A stretch of DNA of 42,560 nt from Fimicolochytrium jonesii (lineage: Eukaryota): NCBI RefSeq assembly GCF_025526975.1, contig NW_026515695.1:372001-414560 (forward strand). The letters are read 5' to 3'. The notes under the pieces are model-generated. The model was not told the DNA's origin, made no database searches, and saw only the letters and a program-made list of their open reading frames with translations. A program made the translations under genes and the position numbers. Below, one piece after another: positions 11,577-22,442 of this stretch (its first letter is position 1; each line of letters starts with the position of its first letter).

Positions 11577-12597
11577 TCACTCGGCCCCCGACCGTCTCCT
11601 AGCCCCCGCCCCCCTCGCAACCTTAGCTCCTAAGAGCGGATCCCCCACCTCCTCCCCACTCTCACTCCCCCCCAAATCCACCTCCTCCCTTCCCCCCCTC
11701 AACCTCTCCACCGCACTCCACGGCCGTTCTCCCTCGCCCACCAGCGCCTGACTCTCCGGCTCCACATCCTCCGCCAACTGTTTCTTCACCATCACTCGTC
11801 GCAGTACCGGTTTGAGCAGGAGGTTGATGAGGAAACCGGTGGGGATCATTACCAGCGCCCAGCCCAGGATCGCGCATCCGACGACTGTGAGGAGGATCCC
11901 GAGGCCGGCGGTGAACCCGACCGCGCGGAGGTGCGCGATGAGCGTGGAGGGTGTGATGGGGAGCGGGTCGAGGGAGAGGAGGCGTTCGCCAAGGCGCATG
12001 AAGACTAGGGAGCTGTTATAGTCATAGAGAGGGTGAATACTCGGTGTAGATGTGAAGTGAGGTGATGAGGGGATTACGTACAGTGCAACGTCGGCGGGTG
12101 TAAGGATCAAGTTGACGGTCTGCATGATGGGCGTGTTTAGTCCCCATTTCCAGGCTGCGCCGAGACATAGCACTGATGTGACGCCTAGGACGGGGAATAG
12201 GCCACAGACGATGGCCATGCTGATTGATAGGGCGAGTTTGTCTGGTGATGTGCCCGCTAAAGAATAAAGACGAAACATATGGATGGATGAGTGAATGGGT
12301 ACGATTGATTGGCGGGTGGATGGGATGGAAGTCGAAGTCCCTGTCGCTCGCGAGAAGGCGTTTGATCTGGTCGCGCTCGCTATTGCATCGGCTCCCCAGA
12401 GCAAACCCAGGTTTGCTCGCCTAGGGCTCGCCTGCCTCAAGCATCCCGGCGCCTCGCTTCGCTCGTCGCAGTCCCCTCCTTCTCACTCTCAACCCCTGGC
12501 TTGCGCTCGCTTACCCACCTCTCAAAGCCATTCGAAAAGGCAGTATAACCCTCCTCCTCACAAACCCCCACACCCTCCCCTCCTCCGCTGTGGGCAT
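11577..12597 (-). CDS. DUF2062-family membrane protein
   Basis: Intron 12518-12257 joins RRVILPFRMALR-A-GTSPDKLALSISMAIVCGLFPVLGVTSVLC...LNTPIMQTVNLILTP. A second intron at ~12080-12013 precedes VFMRLGE. The true start may lie further upstream (frame is open). Confidence 0.75.
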
Positions 12598-13131
12598 ATT
12601 CGTATGCGTCGTTCCCGCGTGGGTCTCACTCGCCTCCTCGCGTAGCCCTAACCTCCTACTACCAATACTCGAAGAGTTCAGCAACCGCCTCTCCCCCTCG
12701 TCCGTGTCGTCGTCCTCCGTCCCACCCGCACCGCCGGAACGTCCGCTTTCGAGATCGAGGTAGGGGTCGGATTGGGAGTACTGGAAGGAGAGGGTGTGCG
12801 AGGAGGAGGACGGGGAGGGGGGGCTGAGGGGGTTCGTTAGGGTCCGTATTTTGGTGAGTTTTGATGAGGGGATGGAAGGGAGTTGATGTGACCTCGGCGG
12901 ACGGTGATACAGAGGGTATGCCTGTGATTGAATGAGTGCTAGATGTCTTTGGGATGGGGTGCGCTGAGCCAAACTTGGAGGCGTTGCATTCCACTTGTTC
13001 ACACCTTCCACGCGTCCTCCCGTCTTCCCGCCTTTCCTTCCGCCTTTTTTCTCTGGTTGTCTCGCAGCCAACAGTGAACTGTCCATAACAACCGCAACCT
13101 TCTCACGTCGCCACGTCGCCACTCCACCCTA

Positions 13132-14420
13132 GTGTCCATCGGAACGTGGCTGGACTCGCCCTTGCGCCCGTACAGAGACTTCCTTGGGGAAGCCAAGAAT
13201 AACAACCCGCCAGCAAAAACCGACCCCTTTCCTCCTACCACCGCTATCCACGGAATACGGCCAAGGGAGGTCCTGCATTGGCATTCCTTCCTCAGCAATG
13301 CTGCCAACTACCGATTTCATGACCCGCTTGTAGCGGTTCATTCGAATGAATTGTGAGTGGGGCTGGGAGCGTGGTACCGTTGGTATCGCTATATTGACAT
13401 CTTTTACTCCCTTTCCGTCAGAATCCCATCACGGCCATTTGATGCCAACAATGAAACCTCGCTGCAGTTGGTTCTTAGGGATACTGTGGGGACGTTTGCT
13501 TCAATCGTCGAACGAACCAATCCCGCATTTGAATACCGAGTCCGCAACGAATGGCGTGACTCCCGTGGCGCTCGACCAGATGTGTCTGTGCTATACCGCA
13601 AAAAAGGTAACACCAGCGCAAGATTCCGGCCCCTTCTTTTCATAGAGGTAAGAAAGGCTGGTGTCCTGCCGTTCTCCGCAACCTCACGCTCTCTACATGA
13701 CCAATACACCAACGGCATGGCTCTGCACGACCGGCGGTTACGAGTCCCGCAACCACCTGCACCATGTCCACCATCACCCGTTATTGACCAGATTTGGCGA
13801 ATCATTGGATACATGAACCATAACCATCAGAAATACGCGGTCCTCGCACCTACGAATACACCTGGTTTATTATGCGCGACGGCAATGATCTACGCATCTC
13901 GGATCCTATCCGATTTGATGCAACCGGGGCGCAGTGTAGTGTCATCCGAGCAGTTGCTTATATACTGTCCCTCGCGATGGTTGATGGGTTTGCGCCGGGT
14001 CGATGCGAACACCGATCTCTGGATCTACCGAATGTTGCGTTGGGCGACTCCAATCCTTCGGAGCTCTCGGAGTACCCCTCAACATCAACGTCAGGACTGG
14101 GGACCGTCAGCGGAAAAGCCACCCAAGGAAGCGGCATCGAAACCACAGATAACACTTCTGCCTCCGCACACGCACGCCCATCCGACCCAGCCATTGCCCG
14201 CTTCGAACTGGTAACTTGTAACTGGTTCGGAACCAGTTTGGATTTCAACCGCGCTATCACATGGGGCCCGCGGCTCGGCCGCACCGCCATCCGCGCCACC
14301 TGGCTCTCCCACCCGGGCTGCATCAAGACCATCGACACCAAAAACCAAGAACACGTCCTCTCCATCAACCACGAAGCCTCCATCTCCGACGCCCTCCTCC
14401 CTATCCAAGGCCACGCGGAG
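13132..14420 (+). pseudogene. Paralog of the nuclease+kinase gene at 4849-6165, frameshifted and 3'-truncated
   Basis: VLHWHSFL; intron 13353-13421 (GTGAGT...GTCAG) keeps frame; RPDV...FIEVRK...IIGYMNHNHQKYAVL; 1-nt frameshift at ~13847, then TYEYTWFIMR...LRISDPIRFD; kinase start CIKTIDT...INHEASI...LPIQG, then homology is lost. Start uncertain. Confidence 0.75.
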
Positions 14421-14641
14421 GGCTTTGCGGTATGTTGTTGCTCACCGCGGGGCATACTAGCGTTTGCGGCGAAGAGAGAGCTCAGTGACGTCTTAAGTGA
14501 GCGGTCCCCGAGGTGCTTGCGGGACACGAGGCCGAATACGGGAGTGTCCGGCAATCACCTCAGGCCGGCGCTGACCGGGAACAGTGAACCCTTGGGATAG
14601 TGAAGTGTAGTTGAGCATACCGTGTTCGTTTGTGCAGCAGT

Positions 14642-14703
14642 TCTATCTTTACACCCTCTTTGTAAACCCTACACGAGAATCCATAACTGAGTGTATGCAT
14701 GTC
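14642..14703 (+). repeat. 62-bp direct repeat, copy 1
   Basis: 57/62 identical to 16903-16964. Confidence 0.9.
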
Positions 14704-15034
14704 AAGTGTGCTATTAAGTACAGTACCGTACTGTACGTTCGGGAACGTCGATCGGGCGTCCGCTGGGCGCGTCCTTCCTCTTCGCTGTCGGCTTCGGCGC
14801 GTCAACGCCGTCAATGTGTGTACAGTAATTCAGTCTCCTCCGACACGGCTTGGAACGGCCAGCTGAAAGGTTCCCGTCGTGTGTTACTGTTGGCTCGGGT
14901 GACAGTGCATTGGGAGCCGACGTAGGCGGGATGCCGCTATGGCTGCAAAGCCCCTGCAATGCCGTTATCCTTACTAGCCAGTGGACAGTCTCTACCTTAG
15001 AGGAATGTCTCTCTGCCTTAGAGGAATGTCAGGA

Positions 15035-15074
15035 GGGGGTTAGGGTTAACCCGAATGGGTTAACCCTAACCCCC
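15035..15074. repeat. Perfect 18-bp-arm hairpin containing TTAGGG/CCCTAA
   Basis: GGGGGTTAGGGTTAACCC-GAAT-GGGTTAACCCTAACCCCC, preceded by a tandem duplication of CCTTAGAGGAATGTC. Confidence 0.9.
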
Positions 15075-15553
15075 ACGTGGAGCTAGAGATTGCCATTCAT
15101 CAGCCGCAGGCAGATCCCAAAGGCACTCACAGCATTACCGGTTCAAGCGTAAGATGGTGGCATGTAGCTGACTATCCCCAGCTGGTCAAAGAAAAAAATT
15201 CTTCACGTACGTATGGGAAGATATCTGTGAAATGGTCTTTGAAATGGTGGAGGAAGAAGAGTCACTGTCAGTCAGATGCGGCACGCGTCGCGGCCGCTGG
15301 TCATATGAGCCGCAGGGGCTGATGGGGGAGATAAGAACCTTTTCTTCGCCCGTACGGGACGCCAAACATTTCACCGTAGGGCTCTGTCTGCTTTGCAGCC
15401 ATACAACAGGACCCGCTCTGGTTCGTTCATCGCCATATAAAAGCCGGAGAAACTCACCTGACCGTGTTTCTAGGTTTCTGCCGTACTGCAGCAACGTGAG
15501 GAGCACTGCCAGGCCTCGCAAACCGCGTATCGTCTTAACTAAGCGAATACGCA

Positions 15554-16751
15554 ATGGGGAACGATTTATACACAATACTTGGAGTATCCAAAAATGCCGC
15601 TGAGGAGGAGATCAAGCGGGCCTACAAGGCCGCCGTTAAGAAATTTCATCCAGACCGCAATCCTGGCTTCAAGGAGGAGGCGGACGCAAAATTCAAGGAA
15701 CTCAGTGGAGCCTACGAGGTACTCTCGGATGCAGTGAAACGAAAAGGATACGATCAGCAGCAAGCAGAAAAGCGGAAGGAGGAAGCAACGCGGCCCAAGG
15801 AGCAGGCAAGGCCGAGGCCGGACATGGAGGAGGGATCCCAGGGTGAGGCGGGGCAGAACAGCACACATGCCAGCCCTACGGAATTGGAAAACCTGATGCG
15901 GCGTTTTGAGAAATTGAGTGGAAAGGTAGACCAAATGGAGAAGAATCAGGAGCTGCAGACACAAGCATTGCGAAAGGAACGAGAGAACGTTGCGGAGGTG
16001 CGACAGGAACGCGCGAGAGTCACAGAGCTGGAGAGAGGGTATGCCCACCTTCAGAAGACAACGGAAGATTTGAGAAAATCCCTTGTCAAGGAGGCGGAGA
16101 TTAGCTCACAGCTGCAGAAAGACATCGCAGCCATGCAGCCAAGAAATACGACCCCGCAACTCCCAAAGGTAGGCCAACCCAGAGTGTGGTTGGACGTTAG
16201 TTGGGGTAACGAGCGGTCAGGAAGGATAGTCATCGAGGTAAGCTGTTTTGTGTGCAAACATGCGTTTTGGTTGGGCATGTTTCCTTATCGATTACCATGT
16301 CTCTTAGCTCCAATCAGCTTTTCCGAAAGCAGCCGAAAATTTTCAAATGATGTGTGTGGGGAACGTTCGTCGCTATCGCAGCTATCGCTACACTGGCACG
16401 AAACTTCAGTCCGGATCCAGGGGCGAGGCAATTGAGTCTATGGAACCCCAGGAAGTGGTTGGAGCTGGGGAGGGCATTTACACCCCTCAAACATCCGTTC
16501 ACGTATTTGACCACGCCTTTCGGGGGGAAGTCTGGTTAAGCAACCAACCGTGCGCTCAAGCACCCTGGAATCTACAATTCTCGATTGCTGTCAAAGAGCA
16601 CAAGTATCATGGTCGCTGCTACGTCAAGATCGGAAAGGTGGTTGAGGGCATCGACATAGTGATGGCGGTGGAGGCTTTTAGCAGTAGAAAGACCGATGCA
16701 TATTATCGTGGCGTCTACAGTGCAGAGATCGTGGACTGCGGGCAATATTGA
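15554..16751 (+). CDS. J-domain protein with coiled coil and C-terminal divergent cyclophilin-like domain
   Basis: DLYTILGV...IKRAYK...FHPDRN...[13 protein letters not shown] (J domain, HPD intact). Phase-0 intron 16238-16307 joins [38 protein letters not shown]; later QFSI...[18 protein letters not shown]...EIVDCGQY. Confidence 0.85.
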
Positions 16752-16902
16752 AAGCTGTGGTCGAACCCGTCCACCCGTGTAATCATTAGTCAAAGGAGAA
16801 CGAGTGGCTACAGGGAACTATCGGCTTCTGGGGGATCTACGCCAATCCCCACTGTGGACGTCCGCCTTGCGAAGATGAGTGCGCCACCAGTGACCTCAGG
16901 CC

Positions 16903-16964
16903 TCTATCTTTATATCCTCTTTGTAAACCCTATACGAGAATCCATAAGTGGGTGTATGCATGTC
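16903..16964 (+). repeat. 62-bp direct repeat, copy 2
   Basis: 57/62 identical to 14642-14703. Confidence 0.9.
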
Positions 16965-18306
16965 GATGTTCTCCGTTGGCGGATTCTTGAGGGTTGGATT
17001 GCGCGCCGCGTGATGCCCACGATCTCAGCGCTCACATTCGGCAGACGCGGTCCGCGATTCTGACGGATATTGGCTGTAATATTACATGCCCGAATGCTCG
17101 GCAGCGTTCAGAAGGCGGAGCCCCTCTTCATAACTTCGCTCCACACCCTGAGTAGCATCAACATCCATTGCGGGATCAGGAACATTGATCTGGGCGTCGA
17201 CCTCTTCACCCGCAGCAACTTCATCCACAGTCTCCTCCTCGGCAGCGACAACGGCACCCCAGAATGCTCCCTCCACGGGATTGTCAGCTTGCTTTGGCAT
17301 CAACGTCTCAATAACACTGGCACCTGATGTGGTCCGGGATCGGCGAGCTGAGGCGGTGGGGGCATCCAACACAAACTCAGGCTCAAGGTGGTGCTTGCAT
17401 CGACGCATTTCTGAGATCGGCAGGGGGTCAGAACTACGTTGGGTGCGCACTGTGGGAGGGGGCCCGGCAGCGTAGCAACCCTGGGGGGAGGAGTGTCCCC
17501 GCCGGTGGGGGCAGGAGTGCCGTCCTCATTGTCACTGGCTACCCTGCGCTGTCTCTCTGCTCTCACTGCCTTCATGCATGTTTTGCATCCATACAGCTTG
17601 GGAAAATTGGGAAGGTCACCTGTGGGAGCCCGCAAACAGAAACTAGTTGGAACTTCCAAGCCAGCAGCGCATATCCGTGCTCAACAGCATGAATTGGCGA
17701 TGAACGCCCTTTGCTTCAACACGACGGCGTTGCACTCGAGCTTTGGAGCAGGGCTTATCCCCTGCTGTATTCCAGATATCGCAGTACACATAGTCTTTCC
17801 GATCATCCTCAGCGTTACACAGCAACTCGGCAGTTTGAGTCCTGGTCCGCATCTGCAATCCTCAAGTCAGTTTGCATGACCTCATTCTGAGATTAGAAGG
17901 CCAGCTTTTCCATACATTTGTGCATTGAGAATGGGAAGAGCCGTTCCGTAGAATCCAGAGGTCCAAATGTTTTCCTAGTAGCACATTGTTTGAGGGTTGG
18001 CGTTGTTGACGAGTTCTGCTTGGTAAAAGTCCGCTGTAAATAATTACTTTGTCCAACAGACCAGCTAGTGTTGCTCCCCATACCTGTTTTAGTTATCCCA
18101 CAAAGTCTCAGGTTAGTTGGGTGTGTGTGGTTTCGCCATTCCCCAAAGGAATGCTGAAAAAAGGAGCTGTGGAAAAAGCGTCGGCGGAGTTGTGTCCTGC
18201 CCTCGCGACGGACCCGCGTCTCAGGGTGTGACATCACGCAAAGCCGAACATCCCCCACCTCTACCTCATCACCCACCCGTCAGCTCATCTCCCCACTTTC
18301 CCAACC

Positions 18307-19677
18307 ATGTCCTCAAAGGTACCACCCTATCCGTACTCCCAGAACAAAATAGCACTAGTAACCCCCGCCGATAAGTTCATAGGCCAACAAGCCGCCCAGG
18401 AGCTCGATGAATGGCTGATGGATCCCGCGAAGGGGGGGTTTTCGGTCGACCAGGTGATTGCATCTCGTGTGTTCCCCACGTCGATCCGTCCGTGGTTGCT
18501 GACACGCGTGTGATGCAGTTGATGGAGTTAGCGGGATTGAGCGTCGCGCAGGCGGTCGCGAGGGAGTATCCGAAGGAGAACGGGGGGCGGGTTGTTGTTT
18601 GTGCTGGTTGGTTGTTCGGTTTTGCGATTGTTGACGATGGGATGCGGATGTGGTTTGGATGCTCATGGGGTCTTTCCTGTAGGGCCAGGTTGGCAGTCGA
18701 GGTTGGGGAGGGGGCGGATGGCTGGACACCCGCAACTGACTGTGATACGGCGATAAGGGAATAACGGAGGCGACGGACTGGTTGCGGCCCGGCATTTGTT
18801 CCATTTCGGATACACTGTCAGGGTGTTTTATCCCAAACCGACCGATAAGCCGCTGTACAAGGTCCGTGTCCCGAGACGCAATACGACGCCATGTCGGTGG
18901 TCAGATCCGAGGAACTGAGAGTGATGTTTTGTTTTGTTTTTGGCAGAACTTGACTACCCAGCTGAAATCTCTAGACATCCCGCTCGTGGACAGTCTGGAC
19001 GCGGCGTTGAAGGAGGCGGATGTGGTGGTCGATGCACTCTTCGGTGAGGCCCGCCAAAACGAACCCGTCCTCACCCCAACTTGAGTATCCAGCTAACGCC
19101 GTCACTCGGAACACAGGGTTCAGTTTCAAGGGAGATGTGCGCGCCCCGTTCGATTCTGTGCTGAAGGTAAAACCCCTTATCTGCGGATTGAATATCACCG
19201 GGTGGGTGACCGAACCTGACTCGACACATGTATGGGCAGACCCTCCAATCCTCCCGCCTCCCCATCGTCTCCATCGACATTCCCAGCGGGTGGGACGTCG
19301 AGAAAGGTAACGTTCTGCTGTCTGTGCCATCAACAGCCAGAGGTGCTCAGACGGAGGCGTGCGTTTGTGCGTGACAGGCAACATCCGCTCCCCGACCCTC
19401 CAACCCTCCACCCTCGTCTCGCTGAGCGTGCCTAAAGTCGGTGTCAGGGATTTCACAGGTACCCTATCCCCCCCAAGGCACTCCCCCACCCCCGGGTGAT
19501 GCCCCTCCCTGCATGGCTAAACACACACACACCCCCCACGACGACAAAACAGGCAAACACTACCTCGGCGGCCGCTTCATCCCCCCGCAGCTGGCTGACA
19601 GACTGGGGTTCGCGGTGCCGAGGTACGAGGGGTGCGAGCAGTGTGTGGATGTTACGGGGTGGGTTAGGGAGGTGTGA
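18307..19677 (+). CDS. NNR1: NAD(P)H-hydrate epimerase (YjeF N-terminal domain), multi-exon
   Basis: Spliced motifs: AQELDEWLM...[82 protein letters not shown]. About 9 introns with GT-AG ends. Confidence 0.92.
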
Positions 19678-20285
19678 TGATGTGACGAGATGAGGTTTGG
19701 GAGACCGCGAGGAGCGGATTTGATGGGTGGAGAGGATATGAAATGCGCGGGGGCGAGTTTCGGGGGGATGCGAGATGTGGAAGTAGGATAGGTTAGGCAG
19801 GCAAAACTTGTTTTCAGTTGGGCATCTGAGGCATGGAGGAGCGGTATCGGTATTGCAAGAGAAAGGGCGTAGCTCGATACAATCCGAAGATTCACGATAA
19901 CACAACGGTCCTAGAGCGCAAGTTGATATTCATACGGTATCGACAAAATGTGCAGACGGAAGGACGTCCGCAAATGTTCCCCTTTAGAAGAAAGCTGCAT
20001 CAACCGCCTCTGAACCAAGTGGCAGGGGAGCATGGGGACGCAAACACTTTTTTTCGCAAAACATTATTCAAAAGACAGGCCCCACCAGTGAGGCGATAAC
20101 GATAAAATAAACGTAATTTCATTCAAAGACAGACGACCCAGCGCCATTCCAGAGTAATACAAAGACGGGTATTAAAAACAAAGCCTAGTCCAAACGTGAA
20201 GCACAAACGGAGGAGGAATATGATATGCGTGATCTCAGACATAAACACATGGGGGTCTCCTTGATGACGGAGAGGAGAATGCGGG

Positions 20286-22277
20286 TCACTGCCCACGAAT
20301 CTCATGATGCGTAACATCCGCCTTCTCCGTCCCCTCATCCTCCCCAAAGATCGTGGCAACCGGCCTTTCCGGCGCATGCCAGAACACCAGGAAGATGATC
20401 ATCGCCGGGATACTAACGATCGTCAAGATGATAATCATCCATTTCGGGTTGACCACGTTGACCAATCCGAATGTCAGGAGGTACCCCGCGGCCTCGCACC
20501 CGATCTTGCTGCTGAATGCCACGTCGGCGTTGTAGGTGAGGAAGGTCGAAAGGTAGGTGAGGATCGAGACTTCAAGCGCCAGGAGCTGCACATTGTACAA
20601 CCCGCCAGTGAACGCCAACATCGCCTTGAACTTGGTCGGTGAAGTCTGTCCCGGCTCATCACCGACGCCGTTAACGCTCATGTAGTAAGCGCCGAGGGCA
20701 CAGGCGCAGAGGCCGTAGTAGGAGACGACGTAGATGTACATGACCCAGCGGTAGCGGGCGGCGACGTAATTGGTTCGGAGGCGGTCGTAGAATAGGCCGA
20801 ATACGATGGAGGCGGCAATGGCCCAGGATTCGGAGATGGCGTAGATCCAGCCGTTCCATTCGTCGCCGACTTCGTTGACGATAAGGTTGAAGGAGGCGTT
20901 GAACCAGCCTTGGGTCATACCGCCTGAGGGGGTTGGAGGAAAGGGAGGGAGTGAGTGAGTCGATCGCGAAAGAATACTGAATGGGAGAGGTTGACGGATG
21001 GGTAGACATACCAGTGACAAAGATCGCAGGCCCAAGAGGTCCAAAGACGGGATGCCATAGCATCTGCAACGGCTGCCAGAACCTCGCCTTCCACGTCGCC
21101 CACGTATACTTGGCATTGGCGTCCGCACGACCACCCGTCAGAGCAAGATCCTGAACGACAATACCCTCACTCTTCAGATCCTTCTTGTCAGCGGGCCGGT
21201 ACTCGACAGACCCATCCTCGAATTGAACACGATGCAAGACTTGGCCGCTGGCGCTGCGATGATGACCATGCGGCTGTCCAGTCTCCACGGAACCAGTGGC
21301 GTCCTTGGCGGGCGCAGCGACGCCTTGACGCCTGTACCGACGGCGAAACGTAAAACCGTGGATGACGAAGCAGATGACGGATGTGAAGCAGAGGCCGAGG
21401 AAGAACGCGTACTGGGCGTTCCAGCTGGTGAAGGCCTTTTGGACACCGCCGAGGATGAGCCCGCCCGTAAAGACACCGAGGTGGAAGGCGCACTGGTAGA
21501 TGCCGGCGTTACTGGCGCGGTTATGCGGTGTGCTGACGACGGCGATGAGTTGACCGGCTGCGGGCCAGAGAATACCGGCGCCCCCTGTGATTAGAAAATC
21601 GCGAGACGTTAGAACTTGATCAAGACTTCCCTGTTCCAGCGATACTCACATCCAAAGAATGCAGCGCCAGCCAAGTTCCAGGCATTGGAACCAGAAAACA
21701 TGCATGCGATCCACACTGCGTAGGAGATGGGACCCCATGGCAAGCAGAACTCCAAGCCCCACCAGTCCAGGAAAAATGTGGCCCACATAGAGGTGACAAA
21801 GTACGCGGAATACAGGACGATCAGAATGTACGCTCTGTTGAGAAAGCAAGGACATTCAGTATGTGAGTATGCGAACGGGAGGTATTGCACCCAACTCGCA
21901 CCCAACTCGCATAAACCAGACTCCCCACTCCTCACATACCCAGTATCAGGATACCGAATAGTCTGCAACCCCTGAATCGGATAACTCGTAAACAGCAACA
22001 TGAACCCCAACGACATGACCCACACATGGTAGTCGCGGTCCTGCACCCAGTACTTGAACCCGGCAAAGCTGCTCAGCGGGCCGCCCGGCGGCTTCTTGGG
22101 GTCGCGGCGCTCTTGATGGGCGGAGTGGGAGTCATGGATGGTTTTGGTGGGAGTGGGGGTTGTTGAGGTGGGGTATTCTTCGTGGACAGTGAGGGCGCTG
22201 GGAGTGCGGGCGTAGGGGTCGTCTGGCTGAGAGACGGGCCCCTCGCGCGTGTTATTCGGACTCGCGTTGGCGGCCAT
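20286..22277 (-). CDS. UNC-93-like MFS membrane protein
   Basis: Many hydrophobic helices: SLGFMLLFTSYPIQGLQT, LIVLYSAYFVTSMWA, AGAAFFG-WGAGILWPAAGQLI, AGIYQCAFHLG. Three GT-AG introns (~21939-21835, ~21649-21586, ~21011-20924). Confidence 0.75.
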
Positions 22278-22429
22278 CGCGCTGCCTCTTGGACTTGACT
22301 TGATTTGAGAGACGGCTTCTTACTACTGTTCGTGCTTGCAACCGACACAGGGAAGGACTCGCTCGCACACGGGATGTAGGGCAGCAGGACAAGGTTTCAG
22401 ACAGAGTTCCCGATGGACAGCTACTCCAC

Positions 22430-22442
22430 ATATATATATATA
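22430..22442 (-). promoter_or_regulatory. TATA-like (TA)n tract upstream of the UNC-93-like gene
   Basis: ATATATATATATA about 150 nt upstream of the ATG. Similar TATATA tracts precede the GNAT gene (~27385) and the FAD monooxygenase gene (~31999). Confidence 0.4.
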
